A DNA stretch of 64,000 bases, from assembly GCA_964016885.1 (NCBI GenBank), contig OZ024741.1, forward strand, positions 110,050,001 to 110,114,000, written 5' to 3'. Both the position numbers and the translations under genes were made by a program. The notes beneath the pieces are model-generated. The model was not told where the DNA came from and did not search any database. It saw only the letters and a program-made list of their open reading frames with translations. Position 1 is the first letter of the stretch, and every line of letters begins with the position of its first letter. Positions 41,797 to 55,775 of this stretch are shown piece by piece. The stretch comes from Eledone cirrhosa (taxonomy: Eukaryota).

Positions 41797-42278
41797 TGGT
41801 GGCTGCCTACTCGTTTTCGAGTACGGCCACTACTTTATATCCATGTAAGAGAACCCCTACCGATGCGCTGAACGAGTGTGACTTTTCAGTCCAGCCAGCG
41901 ACTTGAAAACTCTGGTACAAACACTACACTTGTGACAATTATTGACACATAGTGCTGGGCCCATGGTACCATGTGACGACAAGTGCAGAGAGATCTCCAA
42001 ATATAAAGCAATGCCTGTGCCGTGAAGTTTTTATAGTGAGCAAAGGCACTGCACAAAGCCAGTCCCACTCTCTTAACCAAGATGATATTTACCAAAAAGA
42101 AGAACAAGTCAACATCATTGGATACCATCAGAGTTGCAGGTGTTATATCAGAATTTTCCTTCTCCTAGAATTCTGCCTTGACAAAAGCTAAGGGGTCATC
42201 TCTCCCGGTGATTTTGGATGGCCATTGACTCTTAAGAGCTCCTTTGCCCTTTGACAGGTTTTGTTTTTAGTCCCAGTA
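41797..42278 (-). mobile_element. non-autonomous RTE derivative
   Basis: reverse complement of 2290-2765; (TACA)n flanks. Confidence 0.8.
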
Positions 42279-42706
42279 CATACATACATACATACATACA
42301 TACATACATACATACATACATACATACAATCCATTAATGCAACAGTAAAAATATGTAAAACATTCCAAAAATTCTGCATCTAATAACTGCATGTACACAT
42401 GTACAGATACAAAGCATATACACATGCACACATACAACTCAAAACATCCACATCCACACATACAATAACATCCGTACCTACACATGCATGCATACATACA
42501 TATCTACCTAGTTGGTGTTGTGTAAATTCCAATGAAAGAGTCTTGTAGCTATGTTAAAAACCAACTCTCTCTCTATTGGCAAAAATTTGTGAAATTATAA
42601 AACCAGAAGAACATACATACATACATGCATACATACATACATACATACATACATACATACATACATACATACATACATACATACATACATACATACATAC
42701 ATACAT

Positions 42707-43140
42707 TGAAAATAAAAACTGCCACCCGGCCTGATATTGTTGTTTGGGACCACACATTGAAAACGTGTTCTGTTGTGGAGATCAGTTGATGTAAACGTTG
42801 TCAGAAAAATACAGGAGAAAGAGGACATCTACGGACCATTGATGAGGAGTTTACAAATCCAGTATCCAAGATACACCTTTAGCTTCATACCCATCATTAT
42901 TGGAGCTACGGGTTATATACCAGCCCGCTTGGACGAATGTATAACTGAACTTGGATTTGCGGACAAATAGCGCAGCTCCCTAATTCATAGTCTACAAATG
43001 GCTGCGATAGCTGGCACCTTCAAACATTGCAAAACATTCTTGCGATTCAAGAAATTACAATTTCTTTTCTTTTACAACCTTACCACGAAGAGGCTGGCCG
43101 GTCAAAAATATACTCGAAATTAAGAGAAAGAGAGAATAAC
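42707..43140 (+). pseudogene. R4/Dong/NeSL-like LINE restriction-like endonuclease 3' fragment
   Basis: RPDIVVWD..CSVVEIS / DVNV..KIQEKEDIYGPL..IPIIIGATG..LQMAAIAGT..CKTFL. Confidence 0.75.
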
Positions 43141-43780
43141 ATACATACTAGTTCGAATTTGGTAGAGGGAAAGGAAGCCATTCCCCCGGGTCCCCTTATA
43201 AAATGGATCCCTTAACAATGAGGTGTCCCAACTGCTAGAGGGAACCACTGCTGTCTGGGGAATACTTTGTGCCAGAGCAGATGGATGTTTCTGATAATTT
43301 GATAGTATATTTTAGTTACATCAGAACCATGCATATAAAGCCAAAGTTGTCATAGTTTGTCCACTTTAGCGACATCAGATAAAATGGATGGATGAGGTTG
43401 TCAGTATTTTTTTAATGAAAGACACACATACATATACGTATATGCATACATACATACATACATACATACATACATACATACATACATACATACATACATA
43501 CATACATACATACATACATACATTTTTTCCTGCATAAAATATCTTTTCCTTATGTCTCATGTATTTGGCAATATTTAATGTTGAGGAATTTATCATTTAC
43601 ATATCTGCATAGAGACATTTTGATTTGTGTCCCTTGGGTATACTTCTAATTCGTGCACATCTATTTATGAATATATATATATATGTTGCTCGAGTCAAGG
43701 CTCAGATTATAAGATATATATGAATAATGGTTATTGAGTAAGTCGTTTTTATCATTCTTATTTTCTTTTTATGTTTTATG

Positions 43781-43854
43781 TTATTCCTCTACCACATGTT
43801 TCGAGAAATATGATTAAAAAATCATATTTCTCGAAACATGTGGTAGAGGAATAA
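43781..43854. repeat. fold-back hinged on HHR stem II
   Basis: GAGAAATATGATT-aaaa-AATCATATTTCTC-GAAA-CATGTG-GTA-GAGGAATAA, mirrored. Confidence 0.8.
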
Positions 43855-43913
43855 TTTATCATCTTTGCTATTTTTGCATTATTTTTTTATATATAGAAAT
43901 ATAGGAATAAGAC

Positions 43914-43980
43914 TGTTTCATTCGTATGAAATCATCTGATGATTCCATACGAATGAAACATTTCGAGTTCTGTAGAAGAC
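43914..43980. repeat. fold-back hinged at a CTGATGA core
   Basis: tgtttcattcgtatgaaatcatc-t-gatgattccatacgaatgaaaca. Confidence 0.7.
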
Positions 43981-44220
43981 GTATATACCGAACGCGTCCT
44001 TCAGGGCTTATATATATATATATATATTGTTTAAGGTTTGTTGGTTCACCACTGGATAGAACTGGTCATTCCGTATGGTCAATCCTGGTGTAATATTGTG
44101 AAGAGTACTCAACGCAGTGCAGTTCACCCATCTTCGTTTGTGTAGTTGGTGGTGCGAATACGGAGTTAATTATGATTTTTCGGACCCATGGCTTTTTACA
44201 TATTCCTTTGTTATATTCCA

Positions 44221-44278
44221 ATACCTGATGATATCACCGGATTCATATGGAACCCGGTCATTGAAATGATCATAGTAT
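44221..44278 (+). ncRNA. type I hammerhead family D
   Basis: ATAC-CTGATGA-..ACCGGATTC..GAACCCGGT..-GAAA-TGATCA-TA-GTAT; preceded by the inverted tail 44028-44175. Confidence 0.8.
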
Positions 44279-44324
44279 AATAAACCTTTCAAGGATTTAC
44301 ACCAGTCCAGCCTCCTGTTATTTC

Positions 44325-44360
<36 letters not shown>

Positions 44361-44388
44361 GTTTAGATGGGACCACCTATGTAAACTC

Positions 44389-44467
44389 GCATATCTGTAG
44401 AAGTGTTGATTAAGAGTCGGGATCCGATCGCCTGATCGTGATCGATATTGAAACAATTGTAATATGC
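44389..44467 (+). ncRNA. type I hammerhead family E (core CTGTAGA)
   Basis: GCATAT-CTGTAGA-AGTGTTGAT...ATCGATATT-GAAA-CAATTG-TA-ATATGC. Confidence 0.7.
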
Positions 44468-44656
44468 AATAAATTTTATAACAAGCTGCAAATCTGACAT
44501 CTTATTGTCACGCCCCCCCCCCCCCCCCCTCTGTTTATATATATATATATATATAGGGGTCGGCCGACCGGGTTAGAAGCTGTTAAATGTTCAGTTGCCC
44601 TCATGTCTCTGATTTTTCACCTCATGGATTTTGTCTATTATATTCCTATATTTCGA

Positions 44657-44714
44657 ATACCTGATGATGTCACCCGATTCATACTGAACCCAGTCATTGA
44701 AATGATCATAGTAT
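44657..44714 (+). ncRNA. type I hammerhead family D, second copy
   Basis: ATAC-CTGATGA...GAAA-TGATCA-TA-GTAT; tail to 44903. Confidence 0.75.
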
Positions 44715-44901
44715 AATAAACCTTTTAAGGAATTACACCAGTCCAGCCTCCTGTTATTTTATAATAATTAACTCCGTACTCGCACACCAACAACACAAAC
44801 GAAGACGGGTGAGTTGCATTACGTCGAGTGCTCTCCCTAATATTACATCGAGGTTGACCATACGGAATGACCAGTTCTATCCAGTGGTGAACCAACAAAC
44901 T

Positions 44902-44996
<95 letters not shown>

Positions 44997-45154
44997 ATAC
45001 TTTGGGAGGGTCATGTTGCCAATAAGAAACACACGCACCAGTTGCTTTCACTTCAATTTATTATATATTTATAAATTTATAAATTTACAAATCTACAAAC
45101 TTATAAATTTCTGGTTGGTTGGTTGGTTCCACAACCAGATAGTTGTTTATATAT

Positions 45155-45199
45155 AGTCATAGCCCTTTCGTCACACACTCTGTGACCTCTTCAGTGACT
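45155..45199 (-). ncRNA. type I hammerhead ribozyme of PLE3
   Basis: rc AGTCA-CTGAAGA-gGTCACA-gagtg-TGTGAC-GAAA-GGGC-TA-TGACT. Confidence 0.82.
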
Positions 45200-45478
45200 G
45201 GGGATTCCTTTCTTTGTTTCTGTGCCTTTCCTTTCTTCTGTCCTACGCCATTTTGTTTCTGTGTGTGTGTTGTGTGCTCAGTTTGCGCATGCGCCACATC
45301 CGGGTGTCTGTGTGTGTTTGTGTTCATTTATCTATTTGTTTATTTATTTATTTATTTATTGTTGGTTGGTTGTTTGTTCTATGTGTGTGTGTGTTTTTAT
45401 TTTGTCCTTAATTGTAAGTTGTGATGTTGCTGTTCCACTCATATTTTCTATTTAATTTTGGTTGTAATTCTGTTATGC

Positions 45479-45991
45479 TTACTGCCTCTGTATTTGCCTA
45501 AACATTGCATCTTTTCTGTGTGTGGATTCTATTTTTATTTCTATGTTCTCTAATTTACCCCTGTGCTCTATCTTAGCATGTTGGTAGAGCACAGATGATT
45601 CTTTATTATCTTGAAGGTCTCGCCAGTGTTCATTTATTCGTTCCCCTATACTACGAGCTGTCTCACCTATGTACACTATATTTTTGTTTCTACATTGTCC
45701 TTCAGTACATCTTATGCTATACACTACATTTCTAGTTTTACAGTTAATATGGGGGCTTATTTTACAGGTTATACATTTCTTATCTATACATGAGGGTCTT
45801 TGGAACGGGTATATCTTGCTAATAAGTGTTTTTACGGAGGTACCTGGTCTTTCTACTATCTTAATATTGAGTTTATGTTTATTTAGGGCCCTTCTAAATT
45901 TGTAGGCTAGTTCGCCTCTAGGGGTTGTATTGATGAACATTACACTCTGGTATTTATTGCTATCATACCATGAGTTTATTCTATTGGCCAT
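45479..45991 (-). pseudogene. PLE linker + GIY-YIG endonuclease (Neptune/Nematis-like), truncated
   Basis: IVERPG..P..C..CITC..NCKTRNVVYSIRC..C..YIGETARSIGERINEH..LYQHAKIEH. Confidence 0.85.
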
Positions 45992-46406
45992 GTTCCTAGA
46001 AATTTATAAGTTTGTAGATTTGTAAATTTATAAATTTATAAATATATAATAAATTGAAGTGAAAGCAACTGGTGCGTGTGTTTCTTATTGGCAACATGAC
46101 CCTCCCAAAGTATAACAATATCGGTTTCAACACACGATTTCAGATAAAGAATCTTGCTAAACAAATTCAGAAACGATATATATATATATATATATATATA
46201 TAGTATTAGTTATACTATTTATGGTTATGTAAACACAAAACCTTAAGCAGTTGTAAGTATTTTACACACACCCTAAATAGTGGTAGGCAGTAATGTATTA
46301 CTACCTTATTACCAGTAAGTTAAGTAGCTCAATGTAAAAACATCAGATGATTTACAGAGCAGTTATATGAAATATAAGAATCAAAGAACTGTTCAAAACA
46401 TTATTG

Positions 46407-46453
46407 TGCTTACAGCTGTTTCCTCCAAACCGAGGTTTGGATTCTTCGGAGCA
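46407..46453 (-). ncRNA. hammerhead family F (mirror copy)
   Basis: reverse complement of 47268-47314. Confidence 0.7.
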
Positions 46454-47267
46454 ATTTATTAATGCATGGACAGTTATATGACCTCCTTTTCAGCCGAGAG
46501 ACATACCAACACATATTCAAACATTGATACATATTCAAACATTGTGGGTCAACATTCATTACAGAATTTAGAGTGGCAGTACACACTTCGAGATTACATT
46601 TATATTAATAGGTACAATCAAAAATCAAGGATATAGGTTAAAGTACAACATGAAGATAAGTGGTTATATAGTGCAAATGTTATATGTGTGGCACGCATGT
46701 GCGTCTTGTTTATATAGTGTGGCAGAGAGATATGTGTGGTAGAGGCACTTAGGTAGGTAAATAAGAGTGTTAGGTTGGTAGATCTGGTGGCAAAGTCTTT
46801 ATATGATTGATATAGTCTGTGTGTGGAGAAATATTATAAGCATTAAAGATAGTGCAAGCATTAAAAGCATATCTTTAATGCTTATAATATTTCTCCACAC
46901 ACAGACTATATCAATCATATAAAGACTTTGCCACCAGATCTACCAACCTAACACTCTTATTTACCTACCTAAGTGCCTCTACCACACATATCTCTCTGCC
47001 ACACTATATAAACAAGACGCACATGCGTGCCACACATATAACATTTGCACTATATAACCACTTATCTTCATGTTGTACTTTAACCTATATCCTTGATTTT
47101 TGATTGTACCTATTAATAAAAATGTAATCTCGAAGTGTGTACTGCCACTCTAAATTCTGTAATGAATGTTGACCCACAATGTTTGAATATGTATCAATGT
47201 TTGAATATGTGTTGGTATGTCTCTCGGCTGAAAAGGAGGTCATATAACTGTCCATGCATTAATAAAT

Positions 47268-47314
47268 TGCTCCGAAGAATCCAAACCTCGGTTTGGAGGA
47301 AACAGCTGTAAGCA
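47268..47314 (+). ncRNA. type I hammerhead family F (core CCGAAGA)
   Basis: TGCT-CCGAAGA-aTCCAAACC-tc-GGTTTGGAg-GAAA-CAGCTG-TA-AGCA. Confidence 0.72.
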
Positions 47315-47457
47315 CAATAATGTTTTGAACAGTTCTTTGATTCTTATATTTCATATATATATATATATATGTAAAAGGTAAACAGAAATAACAACACAAT
47401 CGGTACAGTATATGGAAGGGATATATTAGGTTAACGCTTGATATAGCAGGAAGAAGG

Positions 47458-47493
47458 TCGTAACGTTTCGGACGCTAGTCCTTCATCAGACGA
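47458..47493 (-). ncRNA. minimal type I hammerhead family C
   Basis: rc TCGT-CTGATGA-aGGAC-tagc-GTCC-GAAA-CG-TT-ACGA. Confidence 0.82.
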
Positions 47494-47829
47494 AAAAATT
47501 AGAAATAAAATATATTGAGTAGACGGGCGGGTTGGAATTGGAAAAAATGTCTTTAGATAAAAAATAAAGTGGCCCATTACATTGGAAACTTCGAAATCAC
47601 TGTTGCATGTTTCATTGAAAATATAAACATAAACTCTGTTTATTGATCGCTCATTCACTGAACATATATAGGATTATACGTAAATCATCGCCATTAATAT
47701 ACATATATAAATGCATGCGCGCGCGTGTGTGTAAGTAATTAAAAACGGTTTAAATTTTTTTTATGATAAACTTAATGCATTTTTATACTATCGAAATATG
47801 ACGAAAAATGTAATGGAACAGCACACATA

Positions 47830-47878
<49 letters not shown>

Positions 47879-47932
47879 GTATATATGTGTGTATGTATAT
47901 ATGTATATGTATATTCATATTTATATATATGT

Positions 47933-47965
<33 letters not shown>

Positions 47966-47970
47966 GTAAT

Positions 47971-48023
<53 letters not shown>

Positions 48024-48165
48024 TTATATATATGTGTGTGTGTTTTTGTGTGTGTGTACATACATATATATATACACACATACACATATATATATATATT
48101 CATATACATACACATATTTTAAATATACATATTTACATACATATACATACACACACTCTCAAACG

Positions 48166-48264
<99 letters not shown>

Positions 48265-48474
48265 TATATACATACATACATGTATATATATATTAAGCTA
48301 TAAAAGTGCCATCTCATCTCATATGTCGATGTTTTTAAATGCCTATGGAGTTATAAAATATAATCAGTTTACATATATATATTTTTCGCTTTTATGATAG
48401 GACATTTTACAGTTATGGCTATACATATATATATGCACTCACAGACACACACACACACACACAGACACACACGT

Positions 48475-48512
<38 letters not shown>

Positions 48513-48515
48513 GCA

Positions 48516-48560
<45 letters not shown>

Positions 48561-48561
48561 A

Positions 48562-48609
<48 letters not shown>

Positions 48610-49734
48610 AACTGAGTGGTATTTATGATGGCTTCATTAGTGTCAACTGATAATGTAGTTGTGGTGCTGGGTGATGGTAATGGCGGTGATGTTGTGGTAA
48701 TGTGGGGAGTACGAGGCTTTGTCGAAATTCATATTTGTGGTTATCATACTTTGTTGACAGTTTATTGTTGTTGTTGTTGTTGTTGTTGTTTAGCTCTAGT
48801 TCAGCTCTGATTTATGAGACACAACATCAAAGCATTTTCAACCATGACCATTCCCGGTATTTTTCGGGTATTGTGTATGCATGTCTATGTTATCTCATTT
48901 GTCTCAACTCACATTTAAAAATGCCAAGGTGTAATATAAAGAAGATGTAGCTGCTATCTTTAGCGGGTCGAGTTACTGCGTAGAAGTTTTATTAAAATCA
49001 GGCTTTCCAGATGATTTTAGACCCGAGCTGTAGAATTGTTGTCTCACTTCCTCTTTGTCCAATTTGTAGGAGGATGGCTACAGGGAATTTTTTTTCTATC
49101 AATTTCTCTTTAGTTTCTTTGTGTTTGTGTGTGTTTTGCTGTTGCTTGTTTATTCTCTGAGACTAAAACCAAACTGATCAACTCAATCTTTGTCCCTACT
49201 CTCCTCTCTGTATTTCTGCTAGCCCTTGATTCTGGACTCACAACCTGCGAAATGAGATTCACCCGGAGAGCAGTCGACAAACTCTGAATAAACTGTATCA
49301 GAATTAAAAACATTATGTAGGTGTTCGTGCCATAACTACCAATCGGTTCTCAGATTAACAAAGATACGAATTTGATCACCAGATACGAATGCAAATTTGA
49401 GAACTTATCCTGCAGGTTTATAACACTAGGGGATCGGATATCAATCAGAGGAAGACTATGCTTGGGGTGGAGTGATGGAATCACAAACACACTTTCGGTG
49501 TCTGTAGCGAGATACTAGTAGAGGTCTCACATCTTGCTACAGATCACCAACTTTATCTCCTCTTGACTCCACCACACCAGTGATGGAGTGATGGAATCAC
49601 AAACACTGTGTACAAACATTGTCAACATCATAACACTACTACAAGCCTCACAACTTGTTGCATATCACAAACGTCTCTTGACACTTTCCTTATACAAATG
49701 GTAGGACCAAAAATCAATTTTGATTTCATTATTA

Positions 49735-50485
49735 TCAGCAGTATCGGTAGAGATTCGGACACCATACTTTGATGCATTGAGTTACGGCCCTTGCCATTCT
49801 GAGTTCTAATCCCGCCGAGGTTAAATTTGCCTTTCATCCTTACGGGGTCGATAAAATAAAGTACCAGTAATGTACTGGGTAATTGCTGACTTGTGCCAAA
49901 TGTAGAAACAATTATTATCTAGAATGTTAGAGCGATTAATTGACAGGATCATTAGAGTGTTGAATAAAATGCTTCGAAGCATTTAGTTACGTTCTTGGAT
50001 TTTGTGAGTTCAAATCCCACAGAGGTCAACTTTACCTTTCAAGATCCTGGGGGCAATAAAATGAAGTACTGGGGTCGATATAATCGACTTTTACCACCTA
50101 CCAAATTGGGGGCCTTATGCCTAAATCAGAAATAATTACTATATATTGTTTGAATTGTTGTTTGTCTTGTTATTTTTTTGTTTTGTTTGTTTTTCTATAA
50201 AGATTAATAAACTAGCCCGTTTCCTCTTCATGTCTGAAAAGAGCCGATTTCTTCTACAGAGAGAGAGAGAAAGTGTGTGTGTGTGTGTGTGTGTGTAAGA
50301 TGGAAAGTGAGAAAGAGACATAGAGGAAGAATTGATACTAGAACTGGCTGGTAGCTTTTTATCAATCACAAAAGGATGAAAGGCAAAGTTGATACTGGCG
50401 GGATTTGAACTCAGAGCGCAGAGAGCCGGAACGAATACTGCAAAGTATTCTATCCGATATTCTAACGACTCTGCCAATTCGCCGC
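49735..50485. mobile_element. three SINE S1 copies (two +, one -)
   Basis: matches at ~49735-49917, ~49945-50138 and ~50350-50485. Confidence 0.75.
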
Positions 50486-50915
50486 CTAACGAGAGCGTTA
50501 GTGGCGGTTAAAAGTGACGAAGTTCTTGGGCAGATTCTGGCCGCTAACGAAAATAAACTAACCACCATTTCCCGGATGAAAGTAAGCGAAATTTCCAATC
50601 GGTTGCTATAACACCTTGCAGTCGTCGAAGTACCGTTTTTTACCATACGATTCAAAGTGACCAATGTGAATGATGCTGACTTAACATCCACCCCAAAACA
50701 ATTAGACTTTTTTTAGCAGCCTTGATCGCTTTACAACTCTATTAATGCATCCGAATTATCAGACTGGTTTTTATTGCAGCAGTTAAACATTTATTAATGT
50801 GTACTTGTGTGTGTTAAAACTGGCTAAATGTTTTAATTTTACATACATACATAGATACATACATACATACAAATATACATACATATAAATGTACGTACAT
50901 ACATACATACATACA

Positions 50916-50949
<34 letters not shown>

Positions 50950-51643
50950 CGTACGTACGTAAACAGGCCTTATTTATTGTCATTTAATTAATAAAGTTTA
51001 TTTAATCGCCCAGAGAAAAATAATCAGGCGCAATTAAGGTTTTAATGTGTTTGTACAGTGATTAAAGAGCATGCTTGAACAGCCATGCATACTGTTTAAT
51101 GTTTATTGTCTAGATGGGGGGTAACATAAACATCGGTTCTGTAGATTTAGCAGAATTCCATCCTATTTTACAAACTTGCTACATAGCTTGTATATATTTG
51201 CTGAATTTTCAATCTTATGTTTTTGATGATACAACTTATGATGATTGTGACGTGGCTAAATGTCTGTCTGTTTTAATTAACTGAGTTTGTATTAATTGAT
51301 ACATTGAATTAGGAGGCTGGGTTGGGAGCTTGGTTGAGTTTTTGCCCTCTGCATTTCCCTGGTGGGAAAACATCAACGAGATTTTACCGTCAGCTCTAGT
51401 TTTGATTCAACGAGAAATAACCATTGGAATCACTAATGCAACATTTCTTCGCATATGTGCACTCACATGTGTACACGCACGCATATATATACGTATATAT
51501 GTGTGTATGTGTGGCTAACTGAACACACATGTGTTCTTTTTCTGAAAGATTTTTTTTCCGTTTCTTTCTCTTTTCACTCTCCTCCAACCATAGCGTTTTC
51601 CTTTTTATGTCAGATTGCTCTTGAATGTTACTGGTAATATGTA

Positions 51644-51760
51644 ACCCAGTACAACCTGTCATATGGTCGGGTCGTCAGCGACTAAAACAGCAACTCCACC
51701 AAGCTTGTTTGATGAGGAGGGGGACTTTTGGACACCCTACGTGATGAAAAATGGAACTTG
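51644..51760 (+). mobile_element. 5' end related to the non-autonomous RTE derivative
   Basis: cccagtacaacctg..atggtcgg.tcgt..gcgactaaa...ccaccaag...tgaggaggg.gactttt. Confidence 0.6.
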
Positions 51761-52194
51761 TCAAATGGCAGAGGAACTCGGGAGAATTCGGATCCCACCG
51801 ACGTCACTTTCTCCCTCAATGAGAATGATGGACATACAATATCATATAGATTAGCATAGAGGGTATTGTCCATGATCCCCAACCCTTAGCAATGAGGATT
51901 AGAAAAGATCAGAAGAAATATTATTTGCTCTTAGCTCTGGTCTTTCTCTCCCATACAACTGTCTTACCAACAATTAACTTTGTTTTTATTTACTTTAAAC
52001 CCTCTATTGTGTATTAAGTTTTATGCTACTCCTTACTGTATACCCACTGTATACAATATATACCATTTTATTCCCAGTGCTAACCTCTATGTATTCGCAG
52101 GAGGCCCTTATTTCTCTGATAATCCTTTATTAAATCAATCGTTTTGTTTTGAGGACAAAAACTGCTTGAATGGTTTGTTATTATTGTTATTATT

Positions 52195-52290
<96 letters not shown>
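52195..52290 (+). repeat. (TAG)n microsatellite
   Basis: direct. Confidence 0.95.
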
Positions 52291-53636
52291 ATTTAGCCAC
52301 AAGTCGACCCTGATCATATAGGGCTATGATCAAAGTCATTTCTGCGTTTACCATCCTGTCCTTTTCAGATATATCTAGGGCCACTATATGTAATGTGTAA
52401 GCTCTTTGTGATTTGAGGGAAATTCAGCTTCTACTTCTAGTGAGTCGTGTTACTACATGAAGTCTTTTTCGATTGCTCATGGTGTATCATAAGTATTGGT
52501 TCAAGTTGGTTTTTATTTGTGAGTGTATATTTTCTACCTCTGATTATTAATATCATTACATCAGCAATTGTGGTGATTTCTATGCTTCGCTGAAAAGAAC
52601 TAATAAAGCAGAAATGTGTTCGAGATTATGTCCGATACTTGCCGAAAGAATTACAGTATTATTATTCAATCATTAATGCTGTCTTTCATCAATATAGAAT
52701 GATTTCTATTTAACTTTTTAAAGCCCTTTGTGTTAAATATGTCAACACTAAATTAACGATGTTTTCAGCAAGAATCGGAGATAAATTCGGACATGTGTTT
52801 GCCTTATAAGACATCTCCAGAGAAGGTTAGACAACAGCGTACCTTAGAGCTTAAAGGTAGCTTTTAGTATACTAATAGTCACATGCAGATGACAATGTAA
52901 TAATTTCGTATGACGGTTTTAAACTAAAATATCTGAATAAAACAGGTTGGCGCTGAATCTCCACGACTTTTCAACAACGACTGGTCTCCAACTATGGTTG
53001 GTCTCATAATCAAAAGAATCACCCAATGTGTCACTGACCTCATTAATTTCTTAAACATTAACCTCTTCCATTTATTAAACATTAGATCTACCAACTATAA
53101 ACGAGCTCTTTCTGTACCTGGGGGCTATGAAAATATTCAACAACAGAAATGTTTAGCTGCTTTATATACCCCCCCCCCCCCCTCCCCCTCCCCAACTACC
53201 CTTGTTTTTCACTTTCCTTTATCTTAATTAAGCATCTTTTGCCTCCCGTTGGCCTTTCATTTTTTTTATCACTCTGTCCATTTTGTTTTGGTTTCTTAAC
53301 TGTAAGAGGTACCAGATACTTCTTACAGTCTGTCATGGCTTACTAGCTCTACGCAGACGTTTAAAGTGAATAGATGAATCTATTTAACCACCATCCCCAC
53401 CCCGCTATTTCCCTCACTCATTTTGACAAGGAACAGAGGGATTCTAATTTATTTTAGACACGCCCACTTTTCTAATCACACCTACAGGAGGCGTAGAACT
53501 TTTCTAGACACACCCTAAACATTTCTTTGAATAATATCCTTTCCATTTAGTTTAGACAAAAGAAGAAAAAAACGGATAGACAAAATTAATCTATTGAACA
53601 AATTGCAATTAAAATAAAATGTTTGAAACAAAAAAT

Positions 53637-53850
53637 AATGGTTTCTGATTTAGGCACAAGGCCAGCAATTTAGAGGGAGTGGAAAGTCGATGAAGTCGAC
53701 CCTAGTGCATTACTGGTACTTTATTTTATCGACTCCGTAAGGATGAAAGGCAAAGCTCACCCCGGCAGGATTTGAACCCAGAGCGTAAAGGGCCGTAACT
53801 CTATGCTGCAAAGCATATTGTCCGATGCTCTACCGATCAGCCAAACCACC
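53637..53850 (-). mobile_element. SINE S1 (long variant)
   Basis: match to 33485-33700. Confidence 0.8.
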
Positions 53851-54032
53851 ACCCTGTGAAACAGAAACTAATACAAAAAAAAATAAATGGATAAAAAAAT
53901 AAGGAAAAGCTACTAGTGGGAGATTTTACACTGGAGTGTGAGTGGTATATGTTAGCCGTGCCCAGGACATAGTGAAGGCATGGTCAGCTTCACCCGATAT
54001 ACACTGAGGCAACACCACAGACATTACAACAT

Positions 54033-55345
54033 TACACCACACACACTACACCACACTACACCACACACGAGCACACTATACCACACACTACACCACACTA
54101 CACCACACTACACCACACACTACACCACACACTACACCACACTACACCACACTACACCACACTACACCACACTACACCACACTACACCACACTACACCAC
54201 ACACTACACCACACACGAGCACACTACACCACACTACACCACACTACACCACACACTACACCACACACGAGCACACTACACCACACTACACCACACACTA
54301 CACCACACACGAGCACACTACACCACACTACACCACACACTACACCACACACGAGCACACTATACCACACACTATACCACACACTACACCACACTACACC
54401 ACACTACACCACACTACACCACACACTACACCACACTACACCACACACTACACCACACACGAGCACACTATACCACACACTACACCACACTACACCACAC
54501 TACACCACACACTACACCACACACGAGCACACTATACCACACACTACACCACACTACACCACACACTACACCACGCACGAGCACACTATACCACATACTA
54601 CACCACACTACACCACACACGAGCACACTACACCACACTACACCACACTACACCACACACTACACCACACTACACCACACTATACCACACACTACACCAC
54701 ACACTACACCACACTACTGCACACAGCTCCACACTACACCACACTACACCACACTACACCACACTACACCACACACTACACCTCACTACACCACACTAAA
54801 CTACACACTACACCACACTACACCACACACTACACCACACTACTGCACACAACTCCACACTACACCACACAACTCTACACTACACCACACACTACACCAC
54901 GCTACACCACACTACACTACACTACACCATACAACTCCACACTACACCACACACTACACCAGACACTACATCGTACACTACATCACACTACACCACACAA
55001 CTCCACACTACACCACGCACTACACCACACACTACACCACGCACTACACCACACTACAACACACTACACCAGACACTACATCACACTACACCACACTACA
55101 CCACACAACTCCACACTACACCACGCACTACACCACACACTACACCACGCACTACACCACACTACAACACACTACACCAGACACTACATCGTACACTACA
55201 TCACACTACACCACACTATACCATACAACTCCACACTACACCACACACTCACACTCTACATTGCAACTGTTGAACTACTCCACACTTTAACACTACACCT
55301 TACGTTCACACACTACCACACTACCTCACACACTGCCACATTACA
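54033..55345 (+). repeat. (CACCACACTA)n-based minisatellite
   Basis: 10/12-mer units with cacgagcacacta variants. Confidence 0.95.
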
Positions 55346-55349
55346 CAAC

Positions 55350-55775
55350 TGATTTTTAGTTTTGGCACAAAGTCTGCAAATTTGCGGGTTGGGTGAAGTT
55401 GATTGAATCAGCCATACAATTATTTTATGTTATCAACCCGAAAAGGATGAAAGTCAAAGTTGACCTCGCCAGAATATGAACTCGGGATTTAAAAAGCCAG
55501 AACATATACCACAATGCTATTTATCCGAAGTTCTATATATTCTGCTAATAAATCTCACTTTGCTATGTAGATAATGATTTCTAATTTAGACACAAGGCCG
55601 GTAAACTTAGGGAACAGCAATGTTGTTTAAATCAACTCCAGTACTTCACTAGCACTTTATTTTAACGACCATAGAAGTTTTCAGTTGGATTTCAACACAG
55701 TCTTTAAACAGCCAGAACAAATACCAAAATAGCGTTTTATCGGATGCTCTACCAATTCTGCCAAAACGCCACCTT
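55350..55775 (-). mobile_element. two degenerate SINE S1 copies
   Basis: ggcacaaag..aggatgaaagtcaaagttgacctc; acacaaggcc..gctctaccaattctgcca. Confidence 0.6.

Larger units (their letters stand above)
44991..46175 (-). mobile_element. Penelope-like element 3: 5'-truncated GIY-YIG, HHR pLTR, inverted tail
   Basis: 44991-45112 is inverted at 45997-46119; EN ORF lies between; (TA)n flanks. Confidence 0.85.
46364..47357. repeat. ~1 kb near-perfect palindrome (arms ~490 bp) with an HHR in each arm
   Basis: arms ~46364-46851 and ~46870-47357; ~18 bp spacer. Confidence 0.92.

Noticed and set aside
50490-50611. Possible host exon (RALVAVKSDEVLGQILAANENKL...)
   Set aside because: The ORF begins inside a SINE; no recognisable homology or clear splice context
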